DNA of 64,000 bases from Octopus sinensis (lineage: Eukaryota). A program made the position numbers and the translations under genes. Location: positions 558,001 through 622,000 of the forward strand of contig NC_043021.1 in assembly GCF_006345805.1 (NCBI RefSeq), in the 5' to 3' direction. This document shows, piece by piece, positions 13,942 through 25,592 of the stretch; position 1 is the stretch's first letter; each line of letters begins with the position of its first letter. The notes beneath the pieces were generated by a model that was not told where the DNA came from, searched no databases, and saw only the letters and a program-made list of their open reading frames with translations.

Positions 13942-14252
13942 GTAAACTCTTTTCTTTTATTAAAACTGCTCCTTTTTCAAAGGAGTTCGGTAAACTCCTT
14001 TCTCTTTCTCTTTCTACCGGACCAGAATAATAGTAATTAAGGATATTTATTATACACCCACACACGTTGTGTTTTATTATATTATACGCATGAGTGTGTA
14101 TATATAACGTTTGAAATGGTGAACAGGGTTTATATATTGAGAAAAAGCAAATAGTCAGAATTCTGATGATTATTTATTTCGCCTTTTCCTTTCGCTTCGG
14201 AGAGGAAAAGGCGAAATAAATTCTGACTACAAACTTTTTCTTTAGATATATA

Positions 14253-14691
14253 TAGGATTAAAAGGCGTTCTGGCCGTGACCATCTTTTATATATGAAGAA
14301 CTAAACGTTTAATATGTCTGTTTTTTAAGAATGTAATTTGAGAAGTATGACTGTTGTTTCTAGCAAACTTAACAGTCTCGTTAGTCCACGTATATAAAAG
14401 CGGTGTGCGTGGCTGTGTATAGATGTCCGCCTGTGTATATATATATATGTATGTATATTTAGATAGATACACCTGCACATCTGTCCCCCACAACACACTT
14501 TGAGGAGGTATGATATAACACACATATATATAAGTAACTTTTATATACGTGGAGTAAAGAGGCTGTTTAGTTTGCTAGAAACAACAGTCATACTTCTCAA
14601 ATTACATTCTTAAAAAAACAGACATATTAAACATGTTAGTTCTTCTTATATATATAAAAGATGGTCACGGCTAGAACGCCTTTTAATCATA
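14253..14691. mobile_element. MITE/foldback element with about 145-bp inverted arms in SPT4 intron 1
   Basis: 14256-14400 is the reverse complement of 14538-14688 at roughly 90% identity (by eye); about 140-bp spacer. Confidence 0.8.
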
Positions 14692-16716
14692 GGTCTACTT
14701 GGTGTAAAAACCTTCTCTATACTTCAAAGTATTTGTGTTTTATCGAATCCCCATGAAATTCAATTTGTCCTGTTTTACTTCGACGCTTTTCACGAACGAC
14801 ACAAATCCACCGAGTTTGTGTCATTAAAAAGTCTTTTAGGAAATTGCTTTTGTTTTTTTTTCCTCCTCTTGGTTAGATTTGCTTCGGTTCAAAACTCAGC
14901 AGAGTTAGCTTTCTCTGCTGTTTTGATGGACTAGCGATCTCTCCTGGGGGGAATTATCTCTCATCCTCTTAACACTACAATAAACAGTTCTCTTGATCCT
15001 GGTTGTGGAAGAATTAAACTAATCCTTAAGTATACGAGTTCAAATCGAAATCTCGGTTGTTATTCTGAAGTCAATCCAGGTCCAGCTGTGGTTATCCCCC
15101 CCCCCGTCATAGTTTATCTAGGACTCCACTATTTCGTGTATCGACGGAATTCTGCATAATCGTATGAATTCCCGTGTGTAGAACAAATTCGCAAAATTTG
15201 TCTAAAAATACCAAAATATGCAAAAGTTATCAGGGAAAAAGCTAGCAACCACACAGATGCTCTCCCGGCAGCGAATTGATGCTAGAAACAACAGCTGGTG
15301 TTAATGAAGTGGAAGCGAGGTCGTGTGTGTGAATATTTTGATCAACTTTTGGTCCCATTGGGAAGACATTACCACCACCCTCCATTAATTAATTAAACTT
15401 GTTACCTCATTATCAATTTTATTAGGACTTCATCTGCTATTGTAGTATCAAACCACCTTATATTCTCACTTCATCTTTTTTTTTTCGTTGCTATGACAAC
15501 TATTTTATCTTCAACTTAATGTGCTTTTGGCTGTTTCTTCTCAAAATTTTACTCCCTCCCAATTGGGGCACCACACTTTCCACCCACCTCGACTTCATTA
15601 AGTAGCCCTTCTCTATTGGTAGACATCATTCACCCACAAAACCTTCCATTATGACATAAAAAACGGCAATCCATGGATTTAATTAACAATGACGATGATA
15701 CTAATTCAAATCTATCGTTATTATATAATGACAATTACTCGTCTCACAAATTCAGACAAAAGTTTATCAAGTCAAGTGAAGAAGGACATGGCTTTTGGTC
15801 TGTAAAGTTTTGAATATCATTGGTTGTTGAAGGAAGAGGGACCAGTTACTGGAAGTAGCTTCTTCGTAGGGTTGACAGGCTCAGATTTCAGGGTTTTTTT
15901 TCCAAGGTTAGTTGCTGACCCTTTAGGGATGTTTAGGTAAAGGGTAAATAGTCAGGTGGGCTATGGTAGTGATTTACAGACATTTAACCATGTTGGATCC
16001 GTCAATTTAGCAACACAAAACGAAGGTTAGGCAAACTCTTGCAAAAGCCATTTCGACAATGGAAGAGATAAACTTAACCAGATCATCATCATCGTCATTT
16101 TATATCTACCCTTCCAAGTTGTCATTCATTGGATGGGTTTCTGTTTAATGCAGTTCCTCATCATTTCTTTGAGACTGAGGTTCTGTCTCCTGAAATCAAT
16201 ATTTCTGAAAATCCTCAGATTTGTCCCACAACATTCCTCTCTCTGTTCCTCTCTTTGTTCCATCCCATATATCTGGTTGTTCCTTTCTGCTGATATTGCA
16301 CAGCCACTCACCAACTGGTGTGGATGTATTAAATACCTGCTGCATGGTGCATGCATCATGGGGTGTTTGAGTACCCAGCTGATCTCCTCGGGTACAGCTC
16401 CTTGCTTCTGATGATAAGATTTAGTCTCCGATGGTATAAGAGGCAGCTAGAGTAGTGGTGGGCAATGGTGGAGGATGCTAGCTACAACAGCAGCAGCAGG
16501 TGGGGGGGGGGTAAAGATGTGGCAGCTAATAACATGGTTGTGTTGGACAAGAAGAACCGAAAATGAAGCCGGGAGGGGGGGTGCGAGGTTTCCATCTTGT
16601 CAGCAGGTTGAAGAGGAGCAGATGCAGATGAGGATAAACACTGGGTGGGGGGGGGTAGTGATTGGGTAGGACACTTAAATCCCCTCAACTGAATGCTTTG
16701 CCCTGTTTCTTTTCAG

Positions 16717-16823
16717 ACCTTTGACCAGTTTGAGTATGAAGGCTGTGACAATTGTGATGACCATTTACACATGAAGAACAACCGAGATGCAGTCTATGTC
16801 TGCACCAGTTCCAACTTTGATGG
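16717..16823 (+). CDS. SUPT4H1: SPT4 exon 2
   Basis: Acceptor tttcttttcag|; 107 nt encoding [36 protein letters not shown] (CDNC zinc pair); donor GG|GTAAAT, phase 2. Confidence 0.98.
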
Positions 16824-16848
16824 GTAAATATTTAAAAAATCTTTGCCA

Positions 16849-17183
16849 TTTACTTGTTTCAGTCATTAGACTGTGGCCATACTGGGGCACCGCCTTGAAC
16901 AATTTGCTTTGAGTTGAATGAATCGATGCCAGTACTTAGAATAAAAACCAGGTTTAACAACAAAACTATCGGTTTCTTTTGCCGAACCGCTAAGGGGATA
17001 TAAATAGACATACACACACATATGACGGGCTTCTTTCAGTTTCCGTCTACCAAATCTACTCTCAAGGCTTTGGTCGGTCCGATGCTATAGTGAAAGACAC
17101 TTGCCCAAGGTGTCACAACGGGGAACTGAACACAGAACCATGTAGTTGGGGGAAAAAGCTTCTTACCACACGACCACACCTGC
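16849..17183 (-). mobile_element. SINE family A
   Basis: Same tail (tttacttgtttcagtcatt), body and head as 22798-23146. Confidence 0.85.
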
Positions 17184-18355
17184 ATGTCCATGGAGTGTTT
17201 TACAAATCCCTGGCCCCCTTGGTGGTGGTGGTCATAAGATTTTGGCATCAGCCTTTCTACACACGTCAATGGCTTCTTTTCATGAATATTGTTTGCTTCA
17301 GTTTCCATGATAAACTTATTTAACTGAACTTCTCCCAGCCATTGCTTGTGGAGTCAGAGTCCTGGAGCCATCAGAAGCCATAGATATTTGGATCAGATAC
17401 GGTCCCTGCTTTAGAGACCAATCAGTGTGTTTCTATGGCTACCACTCCTGACCCTAAATGCATCACCTACTGAACTGATGGACATCAAGATTATGGCCAT
17501 CTGACAAACAACTGTGAAGGTCATTTTTGTTTCTCTTCAAGATTTCTTTGGCTTCCGTTTATCCACATTTCTCCCTGCCATGACCACCCTTATCTATTCA
17601 CTCATCTCAGCAACCAACTATTCCTGCTGGAACAGTCAACCATCTGCCTCACTTTTCTTCTTATCTTTACTTGCTCTCTTATAACTGTACAGCTGGTCCC
17701 TGTAGAGTCTGTTTGGCATAGGCCCTCCCCCCACCACCTCCTGGCCTTTTTTTCATTTAGTGATAAAAGCAAGGGGGCTGCTATACATGCTTCTCTCTCT
17801 TATTACATGTGAACCTTTCTCTGCTCATCATCATCATCATCCACTTTCTCTACTGGCACAGGTTGAGCTGATCATTATGGTTAGAATCAGCGCATGTTCG
17901 AGGGGGCCATGTGCTTATGGGATCAGGGTGTCTTGTCTCTTGTTTTTGGTGTGGTTTCTGTTGTTGGGTGCTCTACCTGACTTCATCATACGGTGTGTTG
18001 GGTGCATGGGCACCAGAAGGGTAACCATGCCCTCAACAAAGGACCTCCCAACTCCACGTCTCTTCTTCCTCGGTGGTCCCTCTACTGAGTGGGGGTGATA
18101 GGAATGAGTACTCAGTATTCTAAGTAGCTTCATATAGACAAGGCAAGATGGTGGGGAGGTGACACGGGGAATTGGGCAGTGACAGAGGCCCAGGATATAA
18201 GAGAGCAGGAGTATGATAGTAATGAAGGGTGATGACACGCAGTGGTGGTGGAGTGTTTCGGATACAAGTGGTCCAGTGTAGTCACCAATAACATAGGGTA
18301 TGTGATGAGGGTAGTGGTGTTATTGAGAAAGCTGGGTAATAGGGGATGCTGGTAA

Positions 18356-19650
18356 TAGCTGGATGCCATTCCTAACGCCAACCACTCTGAGAGTGTAGTG
18401 GGTGCTTTTATGTGCCACCGGCACGAGGGCCAGTCACGCAGTACTGACAACGACTATGCTCAAATGGTATTTTTTACATGCCACCTGCACAGGAGCCAGC
18501 CCAGCGGCACTGGCAACAACTTTGCTCGAATTTTTTTCACGTGCCAGTAAGGCAATGCTGGTAACGATCACACTTGGATGGCGCTCTTATCACTCCACTA
18601 GCCCGGGTGCCAGTCATTGAATTTGATTTCAATTTCGATTTCACTTGCCTCAGCAGGTCTTTGCAAGCAGAGTTTAGTGTCCAATGAAGGAAAGGTACGC
18701 ATAAGTTGGCTGGTTACACCCCTGGCATAGGCCATGGGTTATGGTCTCACTTGGCTTGCCAGGTTTTCTCAAGCACTGCATATTTCCAAAGGTCCTGGTC
18801 ACTAATCATTGCCTCGGTGAGGCATAATTTTCAAAGGTCGTGCTTCACCACTTCATCCCAGGTCTTCCTGAGTCTACCTCTTCCACAGGTTCCTTCAACC
18901 GCTAGGGTGTGGCACTTTTTCACGCAGCTATCCTCATCCATTCTTGCCACATGACCATACCAGTGCAACCGTCACTCTTGCACACCACATCTGATGCTTC
19001 TTAGGTCCAACATTTCTCTCAAGGTACTTACACTTTGTTGAGTATGCACACTGACATTACACATCCATCGGATTGTGCTGGCTTCATTCCTTGCAAGCTT
19101 ACGCATGTCCTCAGCAGTCACAGCCCATGTTTCACTGCCATGTAGCATGACTGTTCGTACACATGCATCATACAGTCTACCTTTTACTCTGAGCGAGAGG
19201 CCCTTTGTCACCAGCAGAGGTAAGAGCTCTCTGAACTTTGCCCAAGCTATTCTTATTCTAGCAGCTACACTTTCAGTGCACCCTCCTCCACTACTGATTT
19301 GGTCACCTAGGTAACGGAAGCTATCAACTACTTCTAGTTTTCCTCCCTGGAATGTGGCAGAAGATGGTCTCTGCACATTTTCAGTGTTATTTATCACTCC
19401 CGAGCATCTGCCACATACAAAAAACTATCCTCACAGTTAGCCTTCCTTTGATATTACTGCACCTCTTATGTGTCCATAGCTTACACTGGGTACACCTTAT
19501 AGAGTTTCTATCTATGCCTTTTCTACAGATCAAGCAGGGCCATCTACCTGAAGGGATTTGTGGTTTGTCTGCCTTCCTACTTATTAGGACTTTGCTTTTA
19601 GCTAGGTTGACTCTAAGGCCCTTTGATTCTAATCCTTGCTTCCACACCTG
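18356..19650 (-). mobile_element. 5'-truncated RTE-type LINE with one frameshift and a single-unit 3' UTR
   Basis: ORFs 19387-19719 and 18972-19397 give QVWKQGLESKG...WPCLICRKG...LEVVDSFRYLG...SIRCGVQE, closely similar to 52042-53129; 3' UTR 18356-18770 is homologous to one array unit. Confidence 0.93.
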
Positions 19651-19675
19651 ATGCATATATATATATATATATATA

Positions 19676-20163
19676 TCTATAAACGGCAAAATGTCTGTGT
19701 GTCCTTTATACAAATTCACAGTTTTTCACATAAAAGGCTTGCATCTTCTATGGGCTTTCAAAACTGTCTGAGGGTGGTCGTGAAGATCTTCTCACTTCCT
19801 CAGTCACCCCAGAAAGCCATTAAAAAAAAAATCAATAAACCAACCCCTTATGCCTATGAGTTATTTTGTGGCCAAATTCGAGTTTTTCGCTTTCTTCTAC
19901 CTCCTTTTTTTTCCCAACTAATGGCATGTGCACAGTCCCTCTAATTTTCCATGATTATACCGTTCCAGGTGTGAAAACCAAAGTCCAATGAATGTTAATT
20001 ACTCTCATAAAAAGCTCCAACAAACTCATAAACAACAAAACTGGCCCCGGCTGAAATGTGATAAGAAACTTAGCTCTTGATTTAGTGAGAAATTTTTACT
20101 GTGACCTGGCAACGAACAACAAGCACTAGCACCAGACCTGGCAATGTTGGGTCATAGTACTAG
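19676..20163 (+). mobile_element. Non-autonomous Helitron-like element
   Basis: Inserted between A and T; starts TCTATAAA, ends CTAG (20160-20163), preceded by decayed hairpin GACCTGGCAATGTTGGGTC (20135-20153); no TSD. Confidence 0.7.
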
Positions 20164-20229
20164 TATATATATATATAGTGTGTGTGTGTATAAACATACA
20201 TAACATTTTTGCATCCATTTTGCCCAGCT

Positions 20230-21145
20230 CAGACAGGTGAGCAACTCTTCTGCCATATTGTGTGTTGCCAATTAGTCTTTTGTCATCTCATCCATAAGAC
20301 ATGACGGCTTCAGTTCTGTCATTGCCACACTTTGTCCCAAGTCCACCACGGTTTCCCTTTCTGCTCTGTTTTCCTCTCAACTCATTTCTGCTCCTAAAAC
20401 GAAGCATTCCCTGCTTACCTTCTTTCTAGCTTATGCAGACCTTTTCTGTTGAAGGCCCACATCTCCCTATAATGCAGCATCACACTTTGCACCCAGACCT
20501 TCGCTTTGTTAAGAGAAGAAGCCTTTGTTGCTAGCAGAGGTAACAACTCCTTGAACATTTCCCAATTAGCTCTCACTCTGTTCTCAGAACACCTACCCCA
20601 CTACTAGTTAGGTCCCTGAGTAACAGAAGCTATCAGCTACTTCTAGGAAGCCCCCTGAGCATTGGAAAGTCCATTTCATAATTGCTCTTGGTACTTTCTG
20701 CCCCTGTGCACCTGCTACAGTTTACCTTCTCTGTTATCTTCGCCCTGTGAGCTCCCTACATATCAAGCCTGGCCATTTCCCTGATGGTAACAGGATCCTG
20801 CCAAACAAATACCTTAATCTTTACTAAATTCACTCCGAGACCTCTTGATTCCAATGTCTGGAATTCCTTTTCCAATTCTACTACACATTCAACTCCAAAA
20901 GCAGGGTCATCAGCATAAAGAAACTCTCTTTATGGGAAGCTGGAGGTTTGCTATGGTTTGGAGGACTCTAAAGAACAAAAGAACTCTGGTCTACCTCACC
21001 TTCATGCTGAATTCACTACTATGTCTCACACTTTGCACAGGCCATTCATCTGTTCCAGACTTCCCTTCTTTTTTTTTTAAGCATTAGATCACAGAGTGAG
21101 GAACCCTTTCAAAAGCCTTCTTCATTAGGCTAACAAAAGCCAGGT
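20230..21145 (-). mobile_element. Old degenerate RTE-type RT fragment
   Basis: Reverse complement contains ctttatgctgatgac (LYADD), ttggaatcaagaggtctc (LESRGL) and gtagctgatagcttctgttac (VADSFCY); many frameshifts. Confidence 0.8.
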
Positions 21146-22717
21146 ATAGGGGTTTCTCTAGATAGTTCTCCTGTATCTGTCTCACTAGGAATCAGTAAAT
21201 TACACCTATTTTATAGTGCATAGAAATGGATCCATGTTGACATCAGAGATTTATTTCATCCATTGTACCCTAATACAAAATGAAATGTGAGGTGCACCAC
21301 ACACATGAAACATGTCATGTGACTGCTTCATTTACACTTCATGATGAGGCTAAAATTCCATGTCTGTTTCAAAATATGTAAATATTTCAAATTATTATTA
21401 TTATTATTATTATTGTGTATTGTAATATTAATCCATGTGTTGTCAGCTTGATCAGCTTAGCCGAGTTCTGGGTGGTGGACATTGTGTAGTTCCTAATAAC
21501 AGTGTATACATATATATATATAGAGGTGGTGGTGGTGCCCCAGCATGGCCGCGACCTTCGGGCTAAAACATTTTTAAGGATAGGTGCAGGCCTGGTTGAA
21601 TGGTTCAGAAGCTCACTTTGCAACAATATAGTTTGGGTTTCAGTTCCATTGTACAGCACCTTGGGGAGGTGTCTGCTACTTTATTGTTCCTGCTCAACCC
21701 AGGGCCTTGGGGTTGAATTTGGTAGATGGGAATTGTATATTAACCCTGTCATGTGTGTCATGAATGTTGATGTTGATGTTGTGTGCCGAGGCCAGTGTTT
21801 GATCTTAGAAACTTGTGGCTTATAAAACGGGAAAACAATGAGGGGGTTGATTAATGGTACAGCATCCGGCTGTTAAGAACCTGCTTCAGAACCAATTCCC
21901 AGAATAAAAGAAGAAAACTGTTCAGTGAACGCGTGTGTGTGTGTGTGTGTGTAGAAGATGGTGCAAACATGAGTGCAGAGTGAAGTTCAGGGTTCAGTCT
22001 CACTACATGGCTATGTTGGCTCGTGTCTTCTATGGTCACAGGCTGACCAATGCCTTGTGGGTGAAATTTTCAAACTGGAAACTGTAAGAAGCCTGTCGTG
22101 TGTGTTTATGTCTCCCCTCATTGATTGAAAACCGTCTTCCTATAAAGGGTGTTTTTGCTTACATAGGAAACATCTCCAGTCAAAGAACTGGAGGAAATAC
22201 TATCTTGTTTGGAAACCGATGAAGGTTGGCCTTAAAAAGAATCTGCCTCAAACAAGTTTTGTCATGGCAACGTGGATATTATTAAGACAACGAAGTGGAT
22301 GGACACAGGACGTATATAAAAAAAACCTAAGGTAAATTTGAAGTAGACAGAGACCTTCTTTGGGCCACCCGTCTTTGAATGGGTATTCAAGTGAAATCTC
22401 CTTCATTTTCGTCTGTACAAAGAGAAACGAGATGTTTTCTAAGTTGTGTGTTGAGTGGATTTGGATTGCATTCTCCAGCCTTGTCCGAGAACCACACGTA
22501 ACTGGTTGCCATAGTAACAACGATTGGGCAACACAGCTTCATCTTTTCGTTCCCCAACAGTGGGAAGTCTCTCATAAGCTTTCAGCCTGTCTACTTTGAT
22601 GGTTTCCTCTCTTAATTGTAATCATTTTCATCCAATACAGTTTCCCAATTGCATCCTCTCCCTCCAGCCCCTCTGGTCTGCTTTGTCTTGATTTTCCATG
22701 TTTTTCTTTCTTCCAAG

Positions 22718-22773
22718 GTTAATATCAATGATGGGACCTGAAGACAGTTGGGTGGCAAAATGGCAGAGAATTA
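22718..22773 (+). CDS. SUPT4H1: SPT4 exon 3
   Basis: Acceptor tttctttcttccaag|; 56 nt encoding (G)LISMMGPEDSWVAKWQRI; donor A|GTAAGT, phase 1. Confidence 0.98.
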
Positions 22774-22797
22774 GTAAGTATCTCTCTCTTTCTAGTA

Positions 22798-23146
22798 ATA
22801 CTCTTTTTACTCTTTTACTTGTTTCAGTCATTTGACTGCGGCCATGCTGGAGCACCGCCTTTAATCGAGCAACTCGACCCCGGGACTTATTCTTTGTAAG
22901 CCCAGTACTTATTCTATCGGTCTCTTTTTGCCGAACCGCTAAGTGACGGGGACATAAACACACCAGCATCGGTTGTCAAGCAATGCTAGGGGGACAAACA
23001 CACACACATATATATACATATATACGACGGACTTCTTTCAGTTTCCGTCTACCAAATCCACTCACAAGGCTTTGGTCGGCCCGGGGCTATAGCAGAAGAC
23101 ACTTGCCCAAGATGCCACGCAGTGGGACTGAACCCGGAACCATGTG
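22798..23146 (-). mobile_element. Full-length tRNA-headed SINE (family A), young copy
   Basis: Reverse complement starts ggagtggctgtgtggtaag (A-box-like)..ggttccgggttcagtccc (B-box-like) and ends gactgaaacaagtaaaagag; most CpGs retained. Confidence 0.9.
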
Positions 23147-23733
23147 GTTGGTTAGCAAGCTACTTACCACACAGCCACTCCTGTGCCTCAATGGTGACAA
23201 CTGTCAACTCAGTTAGCCCCCCCCCCTCTCCCGCCCCCATTATACCACTGGTATACTCTTAATCCTACTAAGCATTGTACTCCTCATTCAGCAATGTCTA
23301 AGAGTTTCTACATGCTCATCTGACCAGCTAGAAATACCAGCCAATCCATTGCTAGATTTAGTGTGTTTGGTCATGGCTGGGTTCCCTTTGATCTTAGCTC
23401 TGCTGGATTAGGGCTAAACTGGTAATAAACAACATCCAGGGTATTTTGTATCACATTATCCAGAGCTACTTTACGTTTTGAGGAACATTTTGTTGCTTTT
23501 AGTCCCCATAACTTACCTGTTCTTCTACCAACTCCAGCCATAGACCCCTGCCTCTGTAGACATTGGGGCCTGATGCAATCCTGACTCTTTGGCTCCTGTC
23601 AAACCATCCGACGACCTCTTTGATCAGCAGGGAAGGTGGACATTAAATGATGATGATTGTATGGGAGGGGAGATGCATAACGAGATATTTTAAGTAACAA
23701 AACTTTATTATGAAGCAAAGATGGTGTGAATGG

Positions 23734-23767
<34 letters not shown>

Positions 23768-25373
23768 CTTACAACAGGAAATGGTTTGGAAATGTAGCAA
23801 GTCTTCAACAAATACTTTAATTAAATATGCTTTTTTCACACAACAATCGTTGGTTGTTGGGTCTCAGATCTCAGCGGGAAAAACTTGTCAGCTGCAAAGA
23901 GAGAAAAATGGTTATTTTGAAGAAAAGTTGTGGTTTTGTGATAAATAATAATAATAATAATCCATCAAGGTGGAGGTCAGTTGGTGTCTTGTGGTTGTTT
24001 TAATTAAGTGGAGGAGGGGATTAAATGGGCTGCTATCATCTTTTCTGAGGTTCCTTTGTTAAGGTATAAAAGTCCCCTCAGTTTGCTTGACTGGCAATAG
24101 GTTCCAGTTTGATAGTTGTTGGAAATAATCAACATGAACCCCTATGACCAGTTTTGGGGAATCAATCAAGGGACCACAATCCAATTTACTAGGGGCAGGT
24201 GTAATTGTACTCTAGTCAGGATAAGGTCAACCCTGGGCTAGCTGACCCTTGGGCAAAAGTATTTCAACCATGCCCATCCTTATTTGCAGGGCTTAATTTT
24301 TGAAGAGAATAGACTGATCTGAGGGACATTTCACTGGTATTTCTTACGGACTCTCAATGTTGACTCAATAGCTATAAACTCATATGGAACCAGTGAATGG
24401 GAGAAAGACCCCGCCACTGCCTCAATATTTCTGTACAAAGAGGGGTAAAAAAAAAACGAAATAAAGGAGTATTAAACTCCCCCCCCCCCATATACCTCAG
24501 TGTATTGTTGTTGTTGTTGTTCACTAACCTCAAGCGAAAGGTTGGTTTCATTAGGGTTTGAAGTTTCGGTGGTGGTTCAGCTGCCACTCGTCTCTGTTAT
24601 ATAAAGTAGGAGGCGTGTTTGGCCTCCTAAAAAATAGCAGCCCTCAAACTTAACCCTAGTGTCTTAAAGAAGGGTACATTAGGCCATGCTTGATATACAA
24701 AACAGAAGGGATAGTCGTGGCTGGAATCAGAGTTGGGACTGGCTTAGGATTTACTGAGTCTTGGACCCACTTGTTGACATCAGTATAATTGTGATGGTGG
24801 GGGGGGGGCAGAGTTTGGAGGACGTAAATGACGGGGGGGGGGTGTATGACCCTAGGTCAAGTGTTTACTGTGTCTGGAAAAGGCATAAATATTACAGCTC
24901 TCAACCCCTAATAACTGCTATTTAGCTCACTGCTGACATTTAAATAAATTTATTACAATCTCATACCAGTAATATACTATGGTCAAATCCATGATTCCCA
25001 ATGTGGGGCACGGTAATATTTTGGTGAGGCACGCATAGGGTTACGCTGAATTTTTATACCTTTTGTACACTAATAGAGGAAGGGGGTAATTCAAAAATGA
25101 GTTTAAAAAAAAAATTCTTCACATCCCTTCTATGAAATTTTTTCACTTTTGACACTTTAGAGACATCAGGTCATTTCACAAGATCTGATGTCTCTAAAGT
25201 GTCAAAAATGAAAAAATTTGATTTAGTGGTATGTGAGAACATTTAGGTAATTTGTTCAATTAAATCTGTTGTCACTCAGTGTTGTTACCTTTATACTTTA
25301 GATTTTGGGAAATGCATGAACATCATCAAATCATGTTTTCTGGTCTCTTATATAAATTCTTTCTTTCTTTCAG

Positions 25374-25495
25374 GTCGTTTTTCTAAAGGTTGCTACGCAA
25401 TATCTGTGACCGGTCGTCTTCCTCCAAATGTTGTAAAAGATTTGAAACGAAAAGGAATCTCTTACAGACCCCGAGACACCAGTACAAGAGCCTAA
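25374..25495 (+). CDS. SUPT4H1: SPT4 exon 4 (terminal)
   Basis: Acceptor ttctttctttcag|; 122 nt encoding (S)RFSKGCYAISVTGRLPPNVVKDLKRKGISYRPRDTSTRA then TAA. Total 69+107+56+122=354 nt = 117 aa + stop. Confidence 0.98.
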
Positions 25496-25582
25496 GGGAG
25501 GAAGCCCTGATCATCTTTGTCACCTCATCGTATTTTCATCTCTCATTCAAATCATTGCCCCCCCCCCACTCCTTCCAGTGTA

Positions 25583-25592
25583 AATAAATAAA
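25583..25592 (+). terminator. Probable SPT4 polyadenylation signal
   Basis: Overlapping AATAAA hexamers about 90 nt after the stop, followed by a T/GT-rich tract. Confidence 0.6.

Noticed and set aside
13801-14040. 79-aa ORF starting at GTG 13801
   Set aside because: Contains SPT4 exon 1, but the true start is ATG 13873 and the tail reads into intron 1.
22990-23146. tRNA gene (A- and B-box-like motifs)
   Set aside because: SINE head; no cloverleaf, and it is continuous with the SINE body.
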